Origin: Mayamaea pseudoterrestris
Lineage: Eukaryota
Direction: 5' to 3'
Assembly: GCA_027923505.1 (NCBI GenBank)
Contig: BROI01000019.1
Coordinates: 310,001 to 374,000 of the forward strand
Length of the DNA stretch: 64,000 bases
The stretch's first letter is position 1, and each line of letters begins with the position of its first letter. The translations under genes were made by a program, and so were the position numbers. The notes under the pieces were generated by a model. That model was not told the origin of the DNA. It saw only the letters and a list, made by a program, of their open reading frames with translations, and made no database searches. Positions 9,436 through 22,123 of this stretch are shown here, piece after piece.

Positions 9436-11241
9436 ATGAAACCCCACCAGTCTAGTAGAAATGTCAGATATGGATGGACTGCTACCAAATTATTCCTTTT
9501 AGCGAGCGCAATAGCTTTTGCAGTCTTTCAGTTTACCCTCATTCATCGCGCGCAGCATTTGCCGGCACATCAGCAGTCGCTTCTTGCAACAAGATTGTCT
9601 ATGCTACAACACTTTGTCAACAATACCTTGCCAATACGAAAACGAAGGAAACCAATCGAGCTGCCAGTTGTTGCTGACGTAAAGCCAGCCGTTGTCGATT
9701 ACTACATGGTCTTTTCGACAAGCTGCACGCCGCAACAAAATTGGGAGTCATATGTATTCTTCTTTCACGCCATGAAGGTTTTACAGCCTGGATCAGTGGT
9801 ATGTGAACAATAGGTGCTGGGAATAAGGGGTTTTTGAGCCAGCAGATTCTAGTGCTGATTTTCTGTTTCGCTTTTTATACAGACGAGAATTGCTTCTGGA
9901 TGCACAAACGAGCAAAAGCTTGCGCTACAAACCTTTCACGACAGCTACATTCGGCCCATGGGCAATTTCTACCTATACTTTACGCCCGACTATTCCAACA
10001 TTGTGAAACACGTCAATTACAAGTACTTTAACAAGCCGTACGTGCGATTGAAAGAGATAGCGAGGCCCGTCTGCGTTTCCGGGTCAATGCTAAATCATTT
10101 TTCACACACTTTTCAGCTTTGGTTTGCTTCATTGGATGCAACATGGGCTCGGCCTTGGAACCAGCAGCACTAATCAAAGTCTAGACGACGCGATTATCAT
10201 GCTGCTTGATCCAGACATGGTACTACGTTATCCCATGTCGCACGACTACACGGATCGACCCGACATGGAATGGATCGTTGACGAAGCGCATCCTGAGCCA
10301 GCCACCAAGATGGTGCGACATGGCTTTCCTATTGCGCAACAGGATGGCTATTTGCGGAACGAGTGGATGTATCTGAACTTGACCTACATTGTTAATGGCA
10401 CGTTGCGCGAGCAACCTCGCGACGTGGACGGTCCACGGATTTGGAACACGGGGCCGCCGTACTTGGCGACGGTCAAGGACATGTACGCGCTTGCATTAGC
10501 GTGGGTTGAATTTGTTCCGCGAGTTCATGAATTGTTTCCGCAACTGTTTGCAGGTGCGTATAGAATAGTGTTTATGGAAAATGGAAGGGAAAGGAACAAT
10601 TGTGTCCTCACCGTTGCCCTCCGCATCCATTGTGGTAGAAATGTTTGGGCTAATCATTGCATCACTCCAATTGAATCTACCCTTTACCATGACTCCCTCA
10701 CTTGTAGTGTCTGAACCGGCTGGCGACGATCGCGAAATCTGGAAGTACATTGATCAATTAGCCGACAAGGACGTTTGCAGCCCACGTATTTCGACCGTCC
10801 CATGGCCTATTGGTTTGCATTACTGCCAGCGGTATATGTTGGGCAAGGTAAGTAGCAGGATCGGTTTGCATTGGCAAAGTCGCTGGCTCTCTTCAGACTG
10901 ACACGTTCTCCTTGCTGTTGCAGTGGTTCTTTTCAAAATACCGCATGAAAAAGTCAATTTTAGATTGCGAACAAAAACTATTGATTACTCCGCCGCTAGA
11001 CATTGCTGTCAAGTACGACTACCGAGCCAAGCCACCACTAGCAGATGGGTCCGACTTGATAAACTTTACGCCACATCACGTTGTCATGGACCGCGTCCGC
11101 ATCAAGCGGCACGGCTACATGCTTTGCCACATGACGCGCGCTGTGAACGAGGCTCTCGTTTACTACAAACGCTTGGCATGTGGGTCAAACGCCAATCTAA
11201 ACACGACTTGGGATATTTTCACGGATCCCAGCGACAAATGA
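9436..11241 (+). CDS. Peptidyl-serine alpha-galactosyltransferase (SGT1/GT96)-like or HPAT-related type II membrane glycosyltransferase; 5 exons
   Basis: Introns 9799-9882, 10038-10116, 10554-10638 and 10848-10923 (all GT-AG) join VFSTSC..QQNWES, VTRIASGC, YFNKPFGLLHWM, LLDPDM (DxD), GPPY, FAEMFG and LHYCQRY in frame. N-terminal TM helix present. Confidence 0.82.
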
Positions 11242-11580
11242 TAACATATGGCTTTTATCTATTGTCTTGTTGGCCATGCCACGTTCAATTAAAAAAAAGG
11301 CTGATCTAGGGGTGTGGGGCGGCTCAGACAATGAACGATACTCAAATTACGCTGCATTTTACTAAGTCGTTTGAAACAAACCACGAAACCCAATTATATG
11401 TTCCCAACATCGTCAGATTCGTTCCTAACAGTAAACGCATGCAAGGCCGCGGCTGACGCGACCGATAGTGTCATGGCAAAAGTTAACGTGAATTGAATTA
11501 AAAGATGCATTACATACGCTCCAGGAAAAATGAGTCGGACTGTTATACCAGATGGCGGAACCATTTCAATGCGGATCATC

Positions 11581-12881
<1,301 letters not shown>

Positions 12882-13025
12882 TCAAAAAGAGTCGCTTCGG
12901 TACTTGTTTTACCTACCCCAGTGCTGCCTAACAGTGAAGGGCAACAGAATGCACTTACTTACACTTTTAAAGGGTTAAGCAGCAGCTCACAAGAAGCAAT
13001 TATCCAAGATATGCATCTTATACAA

Positions 13026-14516
13026 CTAAAACCCGTATACTTGTGACAAGTCACCCTGAAGCGACTGCATTGGTACGTACTGGCCTCGTCCTTTGCAGTA
13101 ACCCCGAAAGAAATCAGTCTGAAACGTTCCGTCTGGAGCGTTAAACGAGGTGCCCATTTTGTCAGCAATACGTTGCTCCAACTGCAAGCGATATGTGAAC
13201 CACTTGTTGAAAAGCTTGCCACACGTGGTGACATTGGTAAGCTCCGCAAAACGGTACGCGTGATCCTTGTTGCGAGGGGTAAATGGAGTAGGAACTTGAC
13301 ACTCCCACGGCTTTTTGCAAGCCGTATAGTGGGCCGTTATAGTCTCTTCGACTGGCAATATCCGACAATCCTCGCACTCGCCATTCTCTGGCGTATTGCG
13401 AGTATAGTTACCATCGTGAGGATAGTCTCTGCATTGATGCATGTGAATTGACCCGTCGGGTCCTCGCCATATCACGTCGGCAACTACTTGGTTGTATCGA
13501 CAAACGTCCAGCTCAACGTGATGCCCTTTATAGAGCACATCATAAAAGTACGCAAGTACACCTTGATAAGCCATGGCGCCTTGGAATCCACCGTAGCCGA
13601 GGCCACCCCAACCGGATGTTCCTCCACGTCCTCGAAAGTATTCCGTATGCCGAATCATGTCAAGATATTGTTCAAAATGCTCCAAGCTTGGTCGAGCCAC
13701 GATGAACCCACCTTGGACGGCTTGCACCTTTTCCCAAGGTGTGGCGCTGGTGACATCGCGCGTCAAGAATGCATCGATTCGATCGGGAATCTTTTGTACG
13801 TGAGGACGTTGCACCCGAATGCGACTGCGAGCCGCCTGGCCCTGCGGAGAATCCTTGTCGAACAAAATGGCATCATACAAGTCATCCAGCGGTTGCAGCA
13901 CGGCAGTATCCAAATCCCAGTGGACATAGATAGGATGATTCATCAGGGTGTAGGCATACAGCTTGATGAACTCGGCCGACCCGCAGCAGTTTTCGCCCTC
14001 GACATGCGTGGAATACCAGTCCGTGCGAACTGCCGAAACGTTCACTGGAGTCGGCTTGATAAGTGCAATATAGCCCAGTTGCTTGAGTAACGTCAATATT
14101 TGCGGAGTGTTGCAATTGTCCTCGTGTAAAATCGCGTACATTTGGTACGAGTATTTGGAGTTTGGATGCGCGTGAACTGAATTCTCGTGGATTGAATGTC
14201 GGAGGACTGCCAAAGCATCCATCATTCCTCGAACTCTTGCTTCATTCTTGCAAATGATAATGGAAGTAACATGCGCAATTTTGATAGGCTCTTTAGCGTC
14301 GGATGGACTTTTCTCATGAGACGTCGTTAGTGCCGAGGATGCATATTCTTGTAAAAGTAGCAGAGCACCCAAACCGTTACTTTCGCCTGCGTTTCTCCCA
14401 AATTTATCGTTTAGAACTTTTATGATCGCAGGTAACAGTAAACAACTTAAGGCAATTTTCGTTCTACTTGACAACCATTGCTTGGTGTTCTTCGATCGCT
14501 TCGGCGGTTGCACCAT
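13026..14516 (-). CDS. GT-A fold, GT8-like glycosyltransferase with type II membrane anchor
   Basis: EFIKLYAYTL..HPIYVHWDLDT (DxD), QGGFIVARPS, QGVLAYFYD, CRYNQ and AHYTACKKPW match GT8-like motifs. First ATG 14516. Confidence 0.72.
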   Translation of the reverse strand: MVQPPKRSKNTKQWLSSRTKIALSCLLLPAIIKVLNDKFGRNAGESNGLGALLLLQEYASSALTTSHEKSPSDAKEPIKIAHVTSIIICKNEARVRGMMDALAVLRHSIHENSVHAHPNSKYSYQMYAILHEDNCNTPQILTLLKQLGYIALIKPTPVNVSAVRTDWYSTHVEGENCCGSAEFIKLYAYTLMNHPIYVHWDLDTAVLQPLDDLYDAILFDKDSPQGQAARSRIRVQRPHVQKIPDRIDAFLTRDVTSATPWEKVQAVQGGFIVARPSLEHFEQYLDMIRHTEYFRGRGGTSGWGGLGYGGFQGAMAYQGVLAYFYDVLYKGHHVELDVCRYNQVVADVIWRGPDGSIHMHQCRDYPHDGNYTRNTPENGECEDCRILPVEETITAHYTACKKPWECQVPTPFTPRNKDHAYRFAELTNVTTCGKLFNKWFTYRLQLEQRIADKMGTSFNAPDGTFQTDFFRGYCKGRGQYVPMQSLQGDLSQVYGF

Positions 14517-14842
14517 TGTCAGCTCAAAGTTGTCACGCAACCAATGCTTCCAATGCTCTACAATCTTTCCAATTGTTCGTCACTGTCGCTTTTCTTACTC
14601 AAGCATCAAATGCTGTCGCTACAACCGGTGCAGCAGGTCGTGCTTCAAAAATGGAACGAGCTAAAAACTCCATGCGTGCTTCGGTTTTCCGAAACACAGT
14701 CTTACCGGTACTGAAAGAAGTACCGATACGACACTTTAGTCAGCCAGAATATTCGTTTCGACACGGACAGCAAAGATCACACGATCAACTGTGGAGTTGC
14801 AAAATGCATAGAGCATGATAATAATACGCACAAACACTCATC

Positions 14843-16460
14843 ATGTCACTAGATAATACTTGCGAAGTTTGTGGCTGGCTGGCTGCAGCCGCCAGTGCCG
14901 TTGGTTTTGGAAGTTTTGGAGTGCCCATCAAGGGCGCGCCGGTGGCGCTTGACCCATTGGTCTTTCAGAGCTACAAGACGACCATTTGCTTTGTAACAAG
15001 CTGGCTCGTATTGTTGCTGGGAGATGATTATTTTGTGTATAGTCCATGGGGAATTGTCAGTGGACTATTCTGTAAGCAAGAAACATGGTGCTGAAGGTAG
15101 AATGAAATGCACATACTCGTCGCTCATCGCTCATCCATTACTCTCCGTGTTGCAGGGGTTCCAGGAGGAGTAGCGAGTGAGTACACATTAGGCAACGACG
15201 ACAAGATGATGCTCAAGTCACTGTTTTGTATGCCGTAACTCACATCTGTTTCAATCACCAGCCGTCTACGCCATTCAAGCGGCAGGCCTTGGCATTGCCA
15301 TTGGTATCGGTTCTAGCTTCATTGTTTTGGTTAGCTTCACATGGGGAATATTCGTATTTCAAGAGCAAGTACATTCCCGTCTAGCTGCGAGTTTTGCGAT
15401 TCTCTGCATGATGCTTGGACTGCTGGGGATGAGCTATTATTCGAGCCCAGAGAGTGCTTCGTTTGACGCGATTCTTGCTGCAGTCGAGGATGATGAATTG
15501 GAACTCGAGGTCACTCACAAAAGTGGTGACGCTGCTGATGAGACACAACGTTGTAGTCTCAACGTTGGGATGGCGAATATTAGACAACGCACTGATGCGA
15601 TAAAGTACCAAGGGCTCGTGGCGACACGAGACGATGACCACGAAACTCATACTAAGAATAGATTCAACGCCAGTGAATACCTATCAAACGAAATGTCGGA
15701 CGAGGCGGATGATCAAGATGAATCTCAAGCAGATTGCATCATGCTTGACGCTCCGCAGGAGCAGCCTGAAGTAATTGTCGTTTTTGGTCGAAAAATGTTG
15801 AAACGGCATGTCGGCATGCTTTCGGCAGTCTTCACTGGGTGTTACGGAGGCTCTATAATGGCTCCGATGCAATATGCACCAGCAAACGCAAAGGGAACCC
15901 ACTTTTTGATTAGCTTTGCCATTGGCTCGGCGCTGGTAAACATTTGGCTTTGGTTGTTACGCTACCTCTTCTACTGCCGAACAACAAGGTGCCCTTATGC
16001 CGCATACGAGAAACTGCCACCATTTCATATACGCGACATGTGGAAGCCTGGCGTCGCTTGCGGGCTCTTGTGTACGTAACTTTGCTTTCGATTGCTTTCC
16101 TAAGGAGTACACGTGCATACATTCTCACGCTTGTTGTAATGGAACATGAAGGGAGTTTCGGCAATTTTTTCAGTCTCATTTCAGTATTCTACCTTGGCGA
16201 AGGCACGTTATTTTCCAAACATGCTTAATTAGCTATGCTATTCACCTATCCTTCCCGCTCACGAACTTGTTCGTTTGCTTTGCTATAACCCAGGCGTTGG
16301 TTATCCTTTGGTTCAAACCTCGATCCTCATTTCGGGTGTTTGGGGTATATTCTACTTCAAAGAGGTAACGGGGAGGGCTCGAATAGCTAAATGGTTTGCA
16401 TCATCCCTCCTGACTGTTTTTGGGATTCTTCTTTTGAGTTACGAACATCATCAAGTGTAG
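14843..16460 (+). CDS. TMEM144-like DMT-superfamily (putative sugar) transporter; 5 exons
   Basis: Motifs FGSFGVPIK and DPLVFQSYK. Introns 15072-15155, 15177-15261, 16072-16151 and 16203-16293 (GC-AG) give GLFWVPGGVATVYAIQAAGLGIA...GLLWSFGNFFS...LGEGVGYPLVQTSILISGVWGIFYFKEV. Confidence 0.85.
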
Positions 16461-16671
16461 TATAGGTATACTTCCTTCGAGACGATTCGAGACGCTGAAC
16501 ATCCTCACATTGGTGGCGTAGCATATTCGCCGCAATTCAGCATCTCATCAACGATGTTAGGCAATAGAATATAAAACACTTATATATTGTTTACTCGTAT
16601 ACTTCGGGGATCGATGATTTGTTCCTACCGGCTAATTTACTGTTCTTGACGACCCACTTAACCGCAACCAG

Positions 16672-19153
16672 CTAGTACAAACCGCTTGCGTATCCATATC
16701 CTACATTGGTTCCAGCACCAAACTGCTGCTGTGACGCATGATGGTGATTCAAGGTCGCCGAGGGAGTCAGCCGCTGGTAACTCTTCTTGCTGCGGTCGGC
16801 TTGGAAGCGAATGTCGCCGAACTCGCTGCCCAATGTCAACGCCGAGACAATCGTGTCAGGATTGTGCGTCGTATTGTCATCGTCACCATCCTCGTCATAA
16901 TAGTTCTCACAAACGCTTTCGTCATTGTCCGTCCCAGGCGAATTGTGCGATGGAAGAGAGGGAATAGTGGTGCGCATCCGAGGCTTGACTTCGGACTCGC
17001 CATCGCTGCTCTGTCGTCCAAAGAGCGGAATCGAAGGCATGATTTTGGAAATGCGACTCACAAAGGAAGCGCGACTACCGGCGCTAATGGAGTTACCGGC
17101 CAGTGTTCCATTCTCGCAAGCAAAGGCGGGGAGCGTCGCCGACGGGAAGTCCTTGGTGGCAAACTGAAAGTCAATATCTTTGGCGGGCGCCGCAATGCCT
17201 GGCTGCCAGTCGAAACAGTCGTCAAAGGCAATCTTCAACTTGATGCCTTGCTTGTTGAGATCCACCATGAGAGCCAGCTGATCCGGCAGTAGGAAACGAC
17301 TTATGTTGATGACAATGCTTTCAGGATCGCCACCAAAATCAGCTCGGTACCATCCCAACATGGCAGGAAGAATGACACGATTTCCGCGGACAATGACATG
17401 CTGCTGGCAGTACATCTCTGCCGCAGTGCGAAGTCCTTCACTGAGCTGGTAGGGATAGACAGTGGACGCCGTTGGTGAAGAGTGACAACCCCAGGTCGTG
17501 GCAAAGAGAATGCGACTGTCGGTGCAAACAACCTTTCGCTCGTAGTGCACGTCACGATGCTTGGCAGCTCCGGCTTGACAAGAAAGACGCTCCCACAAAG
17601 ATGGTGTTTCGGCCACCAAACTGACTGGCGCTTGTCCCTTGGTGCCATGGAGCGAGTCGCGCAAGTAGGCCAAGGTGACAATCTCGCCGCCAATATCGTA
17701 GCCAATTTGGTGGGTAAAGAGGTCAAACTCCTCAACACTCTGCGGCCAACTCCATTGACGCTTGGGCGCCATGATCATGGCGTGACGAATGATAAGGTTG
17801 AAAAGGTTCAAGCCAAAAGTGACTCGATCCAACGAGTCTTCCGGAAACTGAATGACTTGCAGCTGACAGATCTTTTCCTCGAGCGACTTGTAGAGCGCGG
17901 CAAACACCTTGTCCTTGCGCTGATAGTTTTCCCAAATGCAAATTTCGTCCATGTCGCGCGAGAGACGGAGAATGACATTCATGGGGTCGGAGTCGTCGGA
18001 GCGTTCATCGTCACTCGCTGGCCATTTGATGAGCGTGTTGAGTACGTGGGGCTGGCAGTAGTGGTACATGACGAGGAAGGTTGACGAAAAGTCGTTGCAT
18101 TCGGGCGTCCAGTCGATGAAAATGTCGCGGTCGACTGTGGAAAAAAAGGGAGCAAGGTTTATGAGATCAACTATGGGATGCCGGCGCAATGTATGCGAGC
18201 GACCCGCAGAGACCAAAGCTTACCAAGCTGATTCGCAAACTCCAAAACCTCCTGCTCATCGACAGCTTCCTTGGTGCTCTTGTTGCTGTTCTGGAAAAAG
18301 ACTTGCTTGACAACCTGCAAAACATGCTGACCCCGACAATAGTACCACTGCTTGCCATTATGATCGCGCAGCACCGAATGCCGAACAACTCCGAGCAATT
18401 TGCGAGTAACGTCGGCGACTGTCATGTTTCCTTGTTTGTTAGGCAAAGTAATTTCGCAAACAATGGCCGAGCAGCCCGAGGAGAGTTCGGAAATGCCAGT
18501 GTTTGCCGATCCGAGCGAGAGGGCGCGCAGTTGCTTGATTGGCTTGGTAAACTCTTCGAGGGGTGGCTTAAAAGGTTTCGGGACGTTGTTGGTAGCCTTT
18601 ACGGGAGCAGTATCAGTGGCAGCCATCAACTTTGGAGTGACCCAGTCGAATGACGACGAAGCTGATGGCTTGCTTCCGTGACGCAGAATGGCAGACTTTG
18701 GCGACGATCCTTGTTTGTTGCTGATCATCTTGTCACCTTTCGACGATGCGGATGCACAGGAGCCTTGTTCATGCGTCTGCAGCAAGTACTCGAGCCAATC
18801 TTTATTGCTTTGCAGGCGCTCAAAATCAATCTCGTCGAGTGGAACGAATTGGTTGTAGATGCAAATGCCGGGAAAGCTTAACTGACCTCCGAATTGTTTA
18901 ATGAGCTCGCTATGATAGTCTGTGAAGTGGATGCAAAAGGTTAATAAAGCGTAAATAGTCGAGCGGGATATATGTCGTCATGCATGATGAAACAGTCGAT
19001 CGCTTCTCGTTCTTTACCTGGATGGTCGCTGACATTCTTTTCGACAAAGGAGTACTGCGTCGACGAGAGGAAGGATCGAAGCTCATCAGCCTCCTGAACC
19101 TTGCTGTTGGATCGGTAAAGGGTAATAGTATCGACTGAATCAGGTGGATGCAT
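16672..19153 (-). CDS. Glutaredoxin-like + DEP-like + DUF547 domain protein; 3 exons
   Basis: ATG 19153; introns 18920-19017 and 18135-18223 splice in frame. N-terminal Grx-like segment (ITLY...FVEKNVSDHPDYHSELIKQFGGQLSFPGICI), DEP-like segment (CRGQHVLQVV...EVLEFANQLVDRDIF), DUF547 (FGLNLFNLIIRHAM...YDIGG...DSRILFATTWGCHSSP). Confidence 0.75.
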
Positions 19154-19850
19154 GATGGTTTGATGGTTGACGAGTTGACGAACCGGAAAAAGTGAATGAG
19201 GAACTTGCATGGCTGGTTCATTGCGCGAACCTTTTCAGTCACAAGTGTGTTTCGGCGAATGGTTCTTCGGTCATTCGAGAGTCATCATTGCATTTCGAGT
19301 CGTGTGAACGCATGCGAAGTGCGTTAAAACCGCTGCGACCTGCGCGTTGCTCGTCGGTTCGTTTTCTCCTCGTCTCTCAATACACAATCACCAGACGCCT
19401 CGGCCATGCACTGCTCTTAATCTGACAAACTTGTTTGTCTACTTGTACTTGTACGACAGAAAGACCGATTCATTAGCGACTTGACGTCGGACAAAGACCA
19501 TCAACAGGTTGGCTTGTCATAAATGCAGCAGAACAAAACAACTAATAGGTGCAAAATTCTACCAGCATTGGTCTGTGTCCCGTTGGTAAGTTATTGTCCG
19601 TTACAAGAAAGAAGAGTCTGCTATGCTTCATTGCCTTGTTATTCACCAGTACGTGGCGAGCAGCTGAACGGGACAGTAAAGATAGATCAAAGCCACTGTA
19701 GGTACGGAACCTTACGATTTATCACTCTTCAACTAACTATTAGCGAATCATATGCTAAGAAATGATGTAATAAACATTTATTTTCGCGTACTGACCACTT
19801 GTATCTCGAGTGGTGATTCACCGATGGCAGCTCCTGTAGCCATCAGCCGC

Positions 19851-21495
19851 TCAAGCTTTAAGATACACGGTTGAATACTCCCGCGTATGATCAATGTAAC
19901 TAAATGCTGCCATCTCACCTGTCAGTCCATAGGCGCCTTCGTAGTCATCGTACTTGTAACCGTCTCGCTGCTCACCCAGGTAATTGTAAGGAGGAAAATT
20001 CTTCGGCATGGCTGGTTCAATTTGAGTTCCTTCATGCCACTGACAGGGACAACATAATCAACATGCATGTGAGTACCTTTGTTCCTTCTTGGCATGCTCC
20101 GAACAATGTCTAAACGTACCTCATTAAACGAGGTGATGATAACAGGATTCTTGTTTGTCTTGGCTGCCGTGGCGCGTTCCCAAAACGTTTTGTAAAGCTG
20201 ACCATTCTGCCGGCTAATGATCGGGTCATTGCTGTCTCTCATGCGACTCTTATCATAACCTGGTGAGACTGTTAGATAGAAAGTCTTCCCCACAGCTGCG
20301 TACGTGGACGCCAAGGTCTCCCAGCCTGAAGATGTCTTGAAGGCAGCAGCCGTGCCATAATCGTGCCCTGCATCCCAATCCCCCGCTAGTATTCGACCTA
20401 CAATAACGTCATGCGCAACGACAAATGGATTGTACTTGGCACTGGCGTGCAGCTTGTTCCAAACCTGCTTCCACTCTGTCGGGTCGCCATTCGCGTAGGT
20501 GCGGGCCGCGAAGAACATGAAGACTGGCCGGCCATTGCGACGATAAATTGCTCGATGGCAACCATAAGTTTCGGTAAGGTACATGACATCGGCCATGGCA
20601 GTCTGCGGAGTACGACTGCCTATCGTCTTGCCGCCTTCGTTGCGAACGTAGCCACCTCCATAAGGCTCAATGTAAAAAGCAACTTTCAAACCACGATCAT
20701 CAGCAGCATTCAATATCTGTCGCATGAGTTGATCTTCAAAACTTCCCTTGCCCCACCAAGAAACCACAATGGTCCCAATACCAGCCCGACTGATCCAATA
20801 CATGTGTTTATTGAGCACCTCGACCCGCGTTGAGCTATACGGACCCAAACGTGGATAAAAATTGGCTGGTATATCATCGTTTGATGGATCATAGACTCCA
20901 CCTGCTGGTCGCGCATCAGCGGCCCAATGTCGCCAAAACCCATCATCTGGTTTCGACGCGTACCAGGGATAGTAGAATATCTGGAGAAAGACGGCAAGAA
21001 TGAATGATTGACTGTGATTGAAAAAGACTCTTTCCAAAGCAAGCGATCACATACCTGGATATCTTCATTCGAACGAGTTTCTCCCAGTCCACATCGTCCT
21101 TGGCAAGCAGAGGTACAAGTCACACACTGGCGACTGCAGCAAGCTTTTTCGGATTTGCATTGGCTTCCTGCTCCGCTACAAGCGGCGGCAAGAGACGAGT
21201 TGCCAAATAGAGCAGTCGCAGTCGCAGTCGCAGTCGGTGACGAACAAAAGCCCGACGTGGCGGCTGCATTCGACGCAACTTTCTTGGCTGTCTCAGTCAT
21301 GCCCCGCAGTTTGCTCGTTGCGCGCGAATGGTCCTTCTTCAAACTCTCGGATGCTTCCTCAAATGGAAGATCTTCCAATAGTTCAAACTTGGATTGCGTC
21401 AGAGCTTCTTGAAAATCACTGTCGGCGCAAGCAAGCTGCGCAAGAAGAAACCAGGCAAAAACCAAGAGTGAGAAAAATGAGGTAAGCATCATCAT
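19851..21495 (-). CDS. GH99 endo-alpha-1,2-mannosidase/mannanase-like protein with signal peptide and Cys-rich N-terminal module; 3 exons
   Basis: Introns 20981-21054 and 20040-20119. Motifs FYYPWY, ANFYPRLGPYSS, AGIGTIVVSWWG, FYIEPY and VSPGYD; the second splice restores ITSFNEWHEGTQIEP with the catalytic ExxE. Stop TGA at 19851-19853. Confidence 0.9.
21212..21235. repeat. (GCAGTC)4 tandem repeat encoding a Thr-Ala linker in the GH99 gene
   Basis: Four perfect hexamer copies; the minus strand translates as TATATATA. Confidence 0.85.
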
Positions 21496-21741
21496 TGTTA
21501 CCGCCAACCCAGTTCGTAGTTGAAAGGAAGATAATGATGATGAAACAGTTGCACCTTGCAAGTTGTGCGGTGCACCACGCACCACGCATCGCCAGCGTCC
21601 CTCGTCGGAATGATCATCCGTCATAGGAATAGTCACGATTGCACGCACTTTATATATATTGATCAACTTCCGATGAACATCCAACTAGTGGAAACTTCTC
21701 CACATCTTCTTCACCACGTTTGCGATGCACCGTGTTGATTC

Positions 21742-21762
21742 CGTCAAACGTCAAACGTCAAA
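21742..21762. promoter_or_regulatory. (CGTCAAA)3 tandem repeat containing two ACGTCA/TGACGT bZIP-type cores upstream of the GH99 gene
   Basis: The repeat is visible directly, about 250 nt upstream of ATG 21495. A regulatory role is inferred only. Confidence 0.35.
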
Positions 21763-22123
21763 CACCGTGGACTTGCAGCATCAATCTCCATCGCGAAAAC
21801 GTCGCATGCATGTTACGCATCACGCATCACACCTTCAGACAATGATTGTTCTTACATTTGGCTCGTTTTGGACAAGATTAGAAAGAAAGCTGTCAAATTC
21901 TTTGCCGTGACGAGGGGCGAAGTGAGATGTCGGAGGATTTCGCCAATGAGAAACGCTGCGACATCTTGACTACGCGACACAAAAAGGATCAAGACCCGAA
22001 AAGACGATTAGTTTTAGAATGCGTAGAATGCACAAAGGGTGTTTATATTTGAACTGCTATCTACGAAGTAGACGTGCAATGACTTGAGCAAGGCGTTATG
22101 CAATTTTGAATTATGAGGCTGCA

